DNA of 64,000 bases, from the NCBI GenBank assembly GCA_010909165.1, contig MU008195.1, positions 62,001-126,000 of the forward strand, read 5' to 3'. Below the pieces are notes generated by a model. The model was not told the DNA's origin, did not search any database, and saw nothing but the letters and a program-made list of their open reading frames with translations. Of this stretch, positions 39,202 through 50,070 are shown piece after piece; positions within the stretch are counted from its first letter, which is position 1, and every line of letters begins with the position of its first letter. The DNA is from Anthoceros angustus. Taxonomy: Eukaryota > Plantae > Anthocerotophyta. Position numbers and translations under genes: made by a program.

Positions 39202-41089
39202 CTATCTGATAGGTTGCCCACGCTTCTTCATTGAAGCATGCTCACCTGTGTTCCCACCGATCAAATCGGACTTCCACACTGGTCTGACCTCAGACAAGCG
39301 TGCTTTCGCACTTGGGGACGTTATGGTAGGAGGTGACTCTCCTCCTTCACAGGCCATAGCATAGGGAGCATAGTCAAGAGCAATTCGAGGAGCATGAGTA
39401 GGTTTTATGTTGCTCAGATAAACATTGTCCCAACTGCTCCACTCTCCCATCCGGTACAGTTCCCTCGACACAAGTGACATTATTTCCTCCACGTCTGTAT
39501 CTCCATGCCTCTGTCTCCACACCTCCACCAAAGCCCTCACGAAAGGACTCCCATGAAGACAGAACTCGGCCTTGGGGATTGTGAAGGAAATAATGGACTC
39601 ATCTGACACATCACGGAAGTCTGGTAACCAAGTGATTACCTCATCATCTAGCACACTTGGAAGGACGGAGCATTGCTGGCCATCAGGCTTCTCCTGTCCC
39701 AGGTACTTGAATAGCCTCCGACAGCCGGCCAACATGAAGACCTTAGGTTTGCATGAGAGAAGCGGACTTAAGAGGAGATGCCGCACTATATCTTCATATA
39801 CATACACGGAGTCTCCATGTTCATCCAAGATAAATACTCTACCATCAATGCCCACATCTGCTATCACGAAACACACGAAAGAGTCACATTCTGCCAGAGC
39901 TTCTCCGTAAGAGGATGTGCCCAAATTCCGCATTATGCTCATCAGGTCAGCAGCTGCTCTGTTCTGTATCACCTTCACTTCAAACCCGATACTATATGCT
40001 AGAGCTTCCAGCATCGCCCGGTCTACAGATACCCAGGGTCTCCCCTTCTCCATGCTTATGAGAACAGCCAAGCCCGTCCTTCGACCCCTCTTTCGACCTC
40101 CCGTGGTTACACTCAGGTTCCTATTGTCATCAGAATAGCTGGTGCTCGGACAGCCCAAGTCGAAGGAGGGCAATGATATTGGAACCCTAGAGGTTGCAAG
40201 CTGCCTAAGCAGCTCCTTGTTCTGCACTATCACTTGGCTAACACCCTGCAACACCATACGCATCATATCCCGATGCTCTGTACTGAGATCCAGCACCTGG
40301 TTTGTTCTGCAGCATATGTCTGTCACAACTTTCCCAGTCTGTTTCACCTCAGCCCGGAGCTCCTGAATGATCCTCAGCTCGTGAACAAGCTCCTGGTTCA
40401 TGTCAGACACCTGTACCTCGATCCTGTCGAACTCTTCCACAAGCTGTTTCACTGCCTCGTCTATCCCGTCCCCTGCCGTGCGCTTGTCCAGCAACTCCCG
40501 GACTTCCTTCACCAGGATCTGGTTGTCTTCTGTCCCCTTCAATATCTTCTCCACCAGGTAACCTTGAGCTGCAATCGAGTCTTGCACAACCACCTGCTTT
40601 GCAAGGGATGCCCATGTGGCTTCTGTGGATGCCAGCTCCTTGAGACGGCGTGTCAAGGTCAAAATCTGGCGAGACAGCTTGAGCCGTTTCCCGACGTGCT
40701 TCAGAGAATTCAACCTCCCAGCGGGCAAGTCTCGGCACTTGGCCACCAGCAAATCCGCTTCTTCCAGGACCAGCCTGACTTCTTGTAGCCATTCGTTCAC
40801 CTCAATATCACCATTGCCTGCTCAGCCATGCCCATCAGAATCTACAAATTGTGAAACCGGACAGCAGCAAACTGTGAATGGCCCCTGTCAGGTTACCTTG
40901 CGGGAGGGCAGATTTAGAAAAGGAACCATGTGCTGCCGATACAAGGGGTTTGATCCTCAGAACATACACATTCAACTGCCCACAATACTTCGGGAGGTTG
41001 AGAGTGTCTTTGAGTGCGAGCGCAACCTTATCCAGCAATTTGTTCACTACCCAGCCTATTCCAGCAGCACCAAACCCCGGATCGCCCAT
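39202..41089 (-). CDS. RPW8-like / coiled-coil / caspase-like (C14 p20+p10) fusion protein, copy 3, intact (602 aa)
   Basis: Exon 1 41089-40897, GT-AG phase-1 intron 40896-40818, exon 2 40817-39202, with no internal stop. RPW8-like AAGIGWVVNKLLDKV...WLQEVRLVLEEADLLVAKC...KRLKLSRQI. Caspase-like GLAVLIS, GFEVKV, DSFVCFVIADVG, KPKVFMLAGCRR and GSPFVRALVEV. Confidence 0.85.
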
Positions 41090-41460
41090 TTTGCTCCCTG
41101 GAAAGCAAGCGCTCTCCCCCACCACCCAATAGAAACAGACACTACCCTGTAAGCGCCCGGCCCGCCTAGGGGAGAGGAGCAGGATGTCCCAAATCTACAC
41201 AATGCGTTCCATCGTTCTGCCCCCTCCCGCCGCTCCGTTTCCAGCCTCTTCCTACCAGTCCATTCCACGAAGTCAAGATCTTCGTGGCATCAGTTCGAGG
41301 AAAGGAGGAAGCCATATGCACCTAGAATTGATCAAAGACGGGATTGATTTTCATCAGACTAGCAAAGATTGCTTACCTTCAGTACACTTTCCTAACCTTG
41401 GTTGAATTTTTGTTAGGAGCGCTTTACAGTAGTCTCGAACTTCATAAACACACCCTACGT

Positions 41461-41740
41461 AGCCACACCTCTCCCCACTCAGCAACACCTCTGCTCGTAG
41501 TCTCGACGTCTTGAGATTTGCCTATGTAGCAACACCTCTGCTTGTAGTCTCGACAGCTTGAGATTTGCCTATGTAGCAACCCCTCTGCTCGTAGTCTCGA
41601 CAGCTTGAGATTTGCAACACCTCTGCTCGTTGGCTCGTCAGGATGAGATTTTCCTATGTAGCAACACCTCTGCTCGTAGTCTCGACAGCTTTAGATCGCT
41701 TATGTTGCTAGCAACACCTCTGCCCGTAGTCTCGACAGAA
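41461..41740. repeat. Tandem repeat, about 46-bp unit x about 6
   Basis: GCAACACCTCTGCTCGTAGTCTCGACAGCTTGAGATTTGCCTATGTA repeated with variants. Confidence 0.88.
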
Positions 41741-41959
41741 GAAACCAATCTAAGTAAACGCACTAAGGAAGATGTCCTTACTGCAGGATGCGCCATATGC
41801 AGTTGCCAGGGATCCAGACGGCGGCCACCTATCCTGTGAAAGTTACAGATATAACAATCTGTGGGGACAAGGATCCTGAAAAACAGGTTACCTGAACGCT
41901 GCGAATACTGGTGATGCAGCAGCAGAGGTTGATGTAAAAATTGACTGTAACGGTCTACA

Positions 41960-42293
41960 AAACACTGGACCATGCAGATTTTATGGGTCTGAATAGAACA
42001 AATATGAGGCAACGATATCTAAGTTCTTGGCTCATTCACTCTCTCATGAAACTGGAGCACCCGGGTGGCCGTCACTTAGTGCATGTCTATGGCCCCAATG
42101 CTAGAGCTGACAGAGGGCAATCTGTTGCCTTCAACGTGTTTCACTGGAATGGAAACCTGCTGCTGCCAGAACTTGTGCAGCGGCTTGCAGATCGTACCAA
42201 CATTGCACTTGGACTGGGTTCACTCTGCAACATAGAATTCCCAGAGGATGAGAATCTGGTGCCAGGGCTTGTCATTACGAAAACAGGCATCAA
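41960..42293 (+). pseudogene. Duplicated 3' fragment of the neighbouring sulfurase-like gene (copy of about 20900-21230)
   Basis: LDHADFMGLNRTNMRQRYLSSWLIHSLMKLEHPGGRHLVHVYGPNARADRGQSVAFNV...PGLVITKTG, nearly identical at the DNA level. Confidence 0.9.
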
Positions 42294-42294
42294 G

Positions 42295-42665
42295 GTTGAA
42301 GTCGGAAAGGTTGACGTATTAGTAGATTACTGAAACGTGGACGTAAGGGGACAAGATGCCAACTCGCAAAACAGAAAAGAAAGTAGCAACTACGCCAACA
42401 ACGTAGGAAATGAAGTACACCCACCCAAATCTCAATCCTGCTGGCGTCGACGATGATCGAAGCAACGTTCCTACGAGGCCATACACGAACATCGCCTTCG
42501 CCACTACGGTTAGATCCGAGCAATGCAGCCACCAACTTGAGGCCGATCGCCCAGGGAATTGGATTGCTTGACAACACTCTCCGAAAGGTTGCCAAGGCGG
42601 GCAACGCTTTTCATTGGATTATGCACCCTGCGTTCCCGCCGATCAAATCGGGCTGCTACACTGAT
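42295..42665 (-). pseudogene. 3'-end remnant (copy 4) of the RPW8-caspase-like family
   Basis: GCCGATCGCCCAGGGAATTGGATTGCTTGAC matches 24359 and 39168, and CGTAGGAAATGAA..CACCCACCCAAAT matches 23206 and 23846. Translates ...SVARLGNLSESVVKQSNSLGDR... and RNVASIIVDASRIEIWVG. Confidence 0.7.
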
Positions 42666-43083
42666 ATGAGTTTGTCAACCAGTTCAGAGTGGAATGGAAT
42701 GTTTTTACATCCATCCATGCAAACAGACTGGATTTTCTTTACGTTCATTCAATCCGCTTCTGCTAACTTTTCTGTGAGATGAGGCTTCAAAGCCTTGACA
42801 GTTTTGCCAAAACCTGCACCAATCATACGAAGTCTTATCAAATTGCAAGAAAGAAACAACAACTGTGTGATACAGGTAAATTCCAATTCAATGGTCTGTA
42901 CAAGTATGTTTTTGTTGCTGTTGTCCAGATACAGCACAAAAGCTTAGCGCACAACTACCCAGTAAGAACCATGGCGCAAAACATCCAAGTGACCGAAAAA
43001 TGTTCCTTCTGTGTCTCTCACTGGCTACCAGCTGTTTCACAAGTCCTGATTATCAAAGCCACGAGGGAGGGCCTGGCACATAT

Positions 43084-44077
43084 CTAGCTGGAGCTTTTAC
43101 CGACCACTGCTTCCTTCACAGACTGATAGCCTTGGCTCACCTTCTCCCCTACAGAAGCGAAGATTCCTTTGGTTTCCTGCGTTCGGTCCGAGGCCTGGTC
43201 GGACAGGGCCTGAGCACTCTCCTGCGTCTTGTCGCCCACTTCGGTTCCAACCTCTTTTGCCTTGTCCTGAGTCACCGCCGCGCTGTCGCCAGCCTTTTCC
43301 TGCCCTGCTCCGACTGCACTGCTCACAGTATCCTTGGCAGCATTGTAGGTCTCCACAGTCTTATCTTTGGTTGCGGTGTACGCGTTGTCGGCAGTGTCCT
43401 TGGAGCCCGTGTAGGTGTTGCTTGCAGCATCCTTGGCCGCATTCAAACCGTTGTTGACGGCTCCCTTAGCCTGCTCAAACTTCTCCAACACAACTTCCTT
43501 GGCAGTGTTCACAGCATCGTAAGTGCTGTCTCTTGCACCAGCAGCGGTGTTGGTCGTTGCGTCTCTCGCCTGTCCAACCCTACAGGCAACAACAGCAATC
43601 GGTGAGAAACATTTCGAATCGTGAGGCGGCGTGAAACCTACAATCAAATTACGCCATGCAAATCTTGTGTACTCACTTCTCCGTAGTCCCGTCCCAGGTC
43701 CTGGTTGCACTGTCCTGCACGGTGCCTGTCGCCTTGTTGTACTGGTCCTGCGCTCCCAGCTTCAAATCCTCAAGTTTCTGGCGAGCAGCATCGGTGTATG
43801 CCCCGACCTTACCCTGCTATCACAACAAGATCAATCCAATGCCAACCGATCCAAACTTAATTCACGAAGACGAGAAGGCTCTCGTTATTGCATCTCCGCA
43901 GCAGAATACCTGCAAGGTGTTGGCGCTCTCGCTGGTCTTTCCTGCAGCCTCATCCTTAGCTTGCACTGCGGAATCCGCCACCTGCTGCGTGGCGTCAGCG
44001 GCCTTGTCCTTTCCCTCCACTGCGGCTCCTTTCACGTCCTCCACTGCCTGCTCAGGCTTGTCCTGGTACGATGCCAT
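43084..44077 (-). CDS. Late-embryogenesis-abundant (LEA, group-3-like) protein, three exons, 266 aa
   Basis: Exons 44077-43910, 43813-43677 and 43579-43084 join in phase through GT-AG introns. A/K/D/T/Q-rich amphipathic repeats such as AKDKAADATQQ and AKDTVSSAVG. Confidence 0.85.
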
Positions 44078-44264
44078 GGCCTCTCACGAGAATAGCTCAC
44101 AAGGAAACAAGAAGACAAGTAACTCTCTTCACAGGAATCCTTCTTGCAATCCTAAGCCTGCTCGCTCTGCTTGCAAAAGAATCAAAATCGGACTCCGGAA
44201 AACCTCGCAACTTTCAAACACGCTTGGAGACTGAGAAGAGTGCGATGCAAGGTTAGCGGGAAGG

Positions 44265-44460
44265 AGGACCCTTATACTGCCAATTGAGCAGATGAGGGAT
44301 GCATCTGGCCATGGAGAGGTGGCAGATGGTGACTAGCGCATTCCCTCCGACGCGCTTGAATTCTGCCAGCACGGCGCTCTGCGCTCCTCCGCACTGGAGC
44401 TCGAGAAGCTCGCCACCTGGTTGGGCACGCGTCCGTCAGCCGCTACGTCCACCTGTTGAG
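44265..44460 (-). promoter_or_regulatory. Possible LEA promoter: TATA-like and ACGT/CE3-like elements
   Basis: Minus strand TATAAG at about 44273-44278, and GGACGTAG plus GACGCGTG at about 44425-44450, upstream of the LEA ATG. Motif match only. Confidence 0.3.
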
Positions 44461-44916
44461 TCCGATCGAATTAACCTCTCGATTTACCACACAGTTTTAC
44501 CTTTCCGGTCGAAAGTCGGAAAATTTACCAGACCGAAAGGGTGTGCGTGAGAAGCGACCGTCGCGAGCACTCCTCGTGGCATCGCATTCCTGCGGTAGAG
44601 GATTTGGCGCATCGCATGTGTTGCCGCGTTACGGTTAATGTTTGGAAGGACATGATTCTGGCATAACTGGCTCCACTCGCATGACAGCAAATTTGCGCAC
44701 GATTTTGGTGATGCTGGTGGATCGGATTGCTGTTACCCCGGGTCGGTGCCATTTCTTGAAACATGGTGCAAAAATCGGTGTTGGCGGAATCTTGATATTA
44801 GGTTTGCGGGCAGGAGGTGTGTGACGCGGTACAGGCAGTTGATGCTTCTCGCTCTGGTGTGTGTTGATCTGTTACCTGTGGCAGAGATATAGGTTGTTTG
44901 TAGAGATTGTTGAAAA

Positions 44917-46939
44917 ATGGCAGCAGCAAAACCTGCCCCAGCCCCTGCGGCGGCGGCAGCACCTGCACCAGCAGCCAAGCCAGCTGCTCCTGGAGCACCG
45001 CCTGCGGCTGGAGCGCCGCCAGCAGCCCCAGGAGCGCCGCCAGCAGCGCCAGGAGCCCCCGGAGCGCCAGGTTAGATCTCTTGATTTGTTGTGGTTTGCC
45101 TCAGAGCTTGAATGTTTAGGAGAAAGGAGGATATCCTGCAGTTTTGGCATCGTGCATCGCATTCTAGGGGACGGTTTAGTATATATACATGTTGCACATC
45201 CCAGCGGTTTGACGTGTGGGATTTGAGCACTCTGCAAGGTTCTCGTATGGTCTCGGTGCTACTGTTGTTTGTTGCAACAATGCACCACCCAAGATGAGAA
45301 AAGGCCAGTAAGGGGTTTCCTACACATCCAATCCATTGACAAGAACATTTCCTTCAATGTATTGTCCCGAGAACCTGGCCATGTCAAACCGTCGAATGAA
45401 GAGAAAGATGGATTTTTCTTCTTTAGCTGACTGGAGGCTTTGTATGATGTAGCGGCACCTGGTGCGCCTCCTGGAGAGGCTCCACCACCAGTTCCAGTTC
45501 CAACGTTTACCGAATTATGGTTTGACAACCCAGCTGAGGTATTTGCACTGTCTCCGAGAGTGAGAGGGATAATCCGGTCATAGATAGGTCTTGGAATCAT
45601 CCGATCATAGTTCTTTGAAACATCTCCACTAGAACAGACGGAAGATCAGCCGTCCTTTTGCTTTGCTTTAGTGAACACGGATATTGTCTATCATGGACAT
45701 GGTTCCTGCATTCAAGCAAGGATTCTGGTATCCCGACAAGGCTAAGTCAAGACTAAGGATCTGGCTTTGCATCTCTACCAGGGACAAAATGCCCAGAAGA
45801 TGGCTTTGGAACTGCAGCACAGGATTGAGCTCAAGGCTTTACCTGTTCGGCAATATCTGGTATGGGTTTGCAGCAGGTACAGACTTCAGTGGCATGAGAC
45901 TGGACTGTGTCGTTTTCACAAGTTTCGGAAGTTGCTCACAACTTGTTTTTTCTGTGTTATTAGGAAAAGTCTGTTGTGCCGATTTTACTGCAGGGTTTAC
46001 AACACCTCGTCTTGGAAAGGTAAGTCTTTCGATTGCATATTTGTGTTCTGAAGTGCACCTGAAGCAACATTCAGCATGAAGTCACGAATGCCCGTTCTAG
46101 CATGATGGAAACCGAATTAACCGGTTGGTTGAGCATGTTCCTGGTTGTAATCACACAAACAGACCAGACAACCCGCTCGAGTATTTGGCTGCATTTTTGT
46201 TGAAAAATAATCCCCAGAAAGTGGAGAAGCCGGAGGGCAAGGATGCCCAGACTGCCACTGACGCCGAGAAACGGGCGAGTCAGATGAAGGCAGGCGAGGC
46301 CGCCGGCGGTGCTGCCGGTGGTGCAGCAGCGGCCGGCGGCGGCGACAAGAAGCCAGGCGATGCTGCCAAACCAGCAGACGGCGCCGCCAAGGCCGCAGGT
46401 GATGCTCCTAAACCCGCCGCCGCTAATCCTCCTCCTAAACCTGCAGGTGATGCCCTAAGCCAGCCGAGGCACCTAAGCCAGCTGACGCACCCAAGCCAGC
46501 AGCACCCGCCGCACCCGCACCAGCCCCTGCCCCGGCTGCTCCTGCAGCAGCCGCCCCGCCTAAGCCTGCCGATGCACCCAAGCCCCCAGATGCCAAGCCG
46601 GCTGAACCTCCCAAGCCACCTGCACCAGCCCCTGCTCCCGCTGCAGCACCTCCAAAACCTGCTGAGGCTCCAAAGCCTGCTGAGGCTCCAAAGCCTGCTG
46701 AGGCTCCAAAGCCTGCTGAGGCTCCAAAGCCTGCTGAAGCTCCAAAGCCTGCTGAAGCTCCAAAGCCTGCTGAAGCTCCAAAGCCTGCTGAAGCTCCAAA
46801 GCCTGCTGAAGCTCCAAAGCCTGCTGAAGCTCCAAAGCGTGCTGAAGCTCCAAAGCCTGCTGAAGCTCCAAAACCAGCTGAAGCTCCAAAACCTGCTGAA
46901 GCTCCAAAACCCGCTGAAGCTCCAAAGCCTGCAGCATAA
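44917..46939 (+). CDS. DPY-30/Sdc1-domain protein with Ala/Pro-rich extensions, five exons, one probable 1-bp sequencing deletion near 46455
   Basis: Exons 44917-45070, 45453-45538, 45782-45859, 45964-46019 and 46163-46939 join in phase. They give [47 protein letters not shown], the DPY-30 motif. Restoring one C in GATGCCCTAAG gives a PAEAPK tail ending PAA*. Confidence 0.85.
46658..46927 (+). repeat. Coding 18-bp tandem repeat x15 (PAEAPK)
   Basis: CCTGCTGA(G/A)GCTCCAAA(G/A) repeated over 270 bp; one unit is RAEAPK. Confidence 0.92.
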
Positions 46940-48339
46940 ACTGTCTCGGATAAGATCTCCTCATTCGCCCTCCGTTTGAAAAAGCTTGCCCCTGATTCAC
47001 CTTAATCATCCTTGGGCCTTGGGCTTTCCGAACCTCATCACAACCGCTTCCTAGTTTGTCTACCTCCAGGATAGTGAGACAAACGAGCCAAATCAACCCT
47101 TTGCTGGGCCCTAAGAACTCTTGAAAGCAATGCCTTTTGCTTGAGATGAGATAAAATTTAACCTGGAGATATCACGTAAAGTTCCTAGCATATAAATAAA
47201 TTAGACTTGGTTTATCACAAATATCGAAATCATTTTTTCTAGCAAAAATGATTATTAATATTTTAAATTGATCTAGTAATCATTGCTTATTGAGCAGGTT
47301 GAGGGAGATTATCATACTCATTCATGGCATATATGGATTGAATGCATTATCAACCCTTGTAAGAAAATTATGGAGTGATAGAAATCCCATAATACTACAG
47401 CAGCGGAGGGTATTTGTATTTGCACTACATGCTGAGAGAAACGTGCATGTTGAATAAGCATTTACAATTTTGGATTAGATTTTGCTTAAGGTTCTGAGAA
47501 AATACAGATATTATAGAATTTAAATAGGTACCTCATATATTCAAATGTATTATAATAAATTATATTTTGATATACTTTTATAAAAATATTACATATAAAA
47601 ATCATATGAAGATATGTGACTAAAACCATACTTTTGGTGCGTCAGTCGAGGCTGCTTTTACAGCCATTGTTAAAGAATCTCCATTCGCAAATAAATGGAA
47701 TTGGTGAAGAAATACACATCCAAATTTTGAAATGATAAATCTATTGATTTTTACTATTACACGCAAAAGAAGACGAAGGAATGATTCAATGCAAGCTAAT
47801 ATACAAATTGATGTGATTAGGCAAATTAGATGGGTTTGATGTGGTGGTAGTTTAAGTAGGGATATCCTATTGCAAATCTTTCTATTCCTCTGGCAAATTT
47901 TGTTGGATGTACAAGAACATACATCAGTATTAAACCTTGAGTTTATGGGTACAACTATGCAATCTCATAATAATATATAACATGTGCATTAATGTTTTCC
48001 ACTATCTATATCTACATGATTGTGAGTTCTATAGGGGTATGTAATTTTGTTCGTCTAGGTATGCAAACTACACATCATGCGGCTATGTGATCACATTACC
48101 CATCTATTATTGAGTATTATTAATTAGTCAACTTTGGTCACTTTTATTTTATTTTATTAGATTTATATATTATGTTTAAACTATCAATTATTTTATTATA
48201 GCTAGTGCTGTTCCTTGAGGCTAAATATTAATAGCCCAGAAAAGAATTAACTAACCTCACAGAATTAACTAACCTGACATTTCTATTAGCTCTAGCTCAC
48301 AAGCATGACATTATCCATATGCAAATCAACGGATGACAC

Positions 48340-48450
48340 AATTATGACGGGTTGGACTCACATGTGAGACTAAACAGAATTATGACGGTTGGACTCACAT
48401 GTGAGATTAAACAGAATTATGACAGTTTGGACTCTCATGTAAGACTAAAC
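48340..48450. repeat. About 37-bp tandem repeat x3
   Basis: AATTATGACGGTTGGACTCACATGTGAGA(C/T)TAAACAG variants. Confidence 0.8.
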
Positions 48451-48949
48451 CAAAAAGCAGGACACTTATATGCACTCTTTAGGGCCATTAGATGGACATG
48501 GATTAGATAGCAGGCTACCAGAAGGTAGTCCAGAGCTGTGAGCGGCATGATAAGCCCAAAATCAGTATCGTGGGGAATCTTCTTCTCATCTTCTAGTAAA
48601 AATATGTTAACATGATAACAAAGAGTATATGCAATAGTCTTTATTTTATTGAAGAGAAGTTCAATGTCTAACTAATTTTCAATTTCACTGATTGAGATCT
48701 TGTATAGGGTACACTGAACGAGTTTCCAAAAATAAAAACATCACTTTGACTTATTACAATGGTCCAAAAATAATAACATCACTTTGACTAATTACAATGG
48801 TACAATGCTGAGCCGTTCAGAGTTCCTTTGAAGTCAAACTGCCAAGATCTACTTGCCAGTTTCTATCAATGTTGTCGACATCTACCACCCACTCAAGTAC
48901 TGGTACGATCGCTTTCAATTATATTTGCTGAGCCTAGGCTATATCCAAA

Positions 48950-50070
48950 GTTCAATGTCTTCGTTCCAAACCGAGGGGGACAGTTTCTGATGATGGGGCT
49001 CTATGTTGATGACCTCATCATGGTCTCCAACAACGAGAGGTATTTAGTCGAGTGCAAGTCTAATCTTAGGAAAGAATTCAAGATGACAGATAATGGTGAT
49101 ATGACATATTGCATAGGCATTCAGGTTGTACAAGATCTCTCTCATAATAGAATTACTTTACATCATGGCAACTATGTTTCTAATTTGCTGACAAAGTATA
49201 AGATGGCAAGTTGCAAACCAGCTCATACACCCATGCAAATTGGCTCTAGGCTAAGCAGAATAATGTCACCTAAATCCGATGTAGAAATTGCAGAGATGGA
49301 ACAAGTTCCATACGCTGGAGTCGGTGGTAGCATTCAACATTTAGCTCAGTACACTCGTGTTGATGTCGCATGTCCTATTGGACATGCATCTCAGTTCAAC
49401 ATTTAGCTCAGTACACTCGTGTTGATGTCGCATGTCCTAATGGACATGCATCTCAGTTCTTGTCCACTCTCGGCAAGATGCACTGGGTGGCTGCTAAAAG
49501 AATTCTTTTAAGATATCTACAACGGACAAGAACCTGTGGGATTCTGTACAAAGGAGGTCCTAGTGCTCAAACTAAACTTATTGGCTGGATTGACGCAGAC
49601 TGGGCGGGAGATGCTGACACAAGGAAATCCACCAGTGGTTACGTCTTTATGCTTGCAGGTGGCGCAATGAGTTGGAAGTCGAAGAAACAGACGTCGATTG
49701 CTCTGAGTTCAGCTGAATCTGAATATATAGCTGCTGCTTCTGCAGGGAAGGATGGGCTCTGGCTCGTTCAGCTCCTCCAAGACCTTGGGTACCCACACGA
49801 AGGACCATTGGAACTGATGTGTGACAATCAAGCTACTACAGATACATGAGATATCATGAACGTGCTAAGCACATCGAGTTACGTTATCACTTTCTCCGTG
49901 CCAAAGTGAAATCAGGAGAATTATCCTTGACGTATGTGCCAACAGAAGATCAACTGGCAAACATACTAACCAAACCTTTAGGGAAGATCAAGCACTAAAA
50001 ATTCTGCTCATTGATAGGCCTTGTAGATTTGTAACAGTTTCAAATCATTGCGCTTCAAGAGGTGTGTGTG
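48950..50070 (+). mobile_element. Truncated Ty1/copia retrotransposon (RT C-terminus + RNase H), frameshifted
   Basis: LYVDDLIM, FKMTDNG, DADWAGDADTRKSTSGYVFMLAGGAMSWKSKKQ, CDNQ, AKHIELRYHF and QLANILTKPL. Internal about 62-bp duplication at about 49335-49460. Confidence 0.9.

Noticed and set aside
45259-45600. ATG-initiated 113-aa antisense ORF inside the DPY-30 gene
   Set aside because: Its low-complexity core is the antisense of DPY-30 exon 2 (45453-45538).
46450-47096. LLKLQS-repeat and LELQQA-repeat proteins in the ORF track
   Set aside because: Off-frame and antisense readings of the PAEAPK repeat. The Pro/Ala frame continues the composition of the upstream exons.
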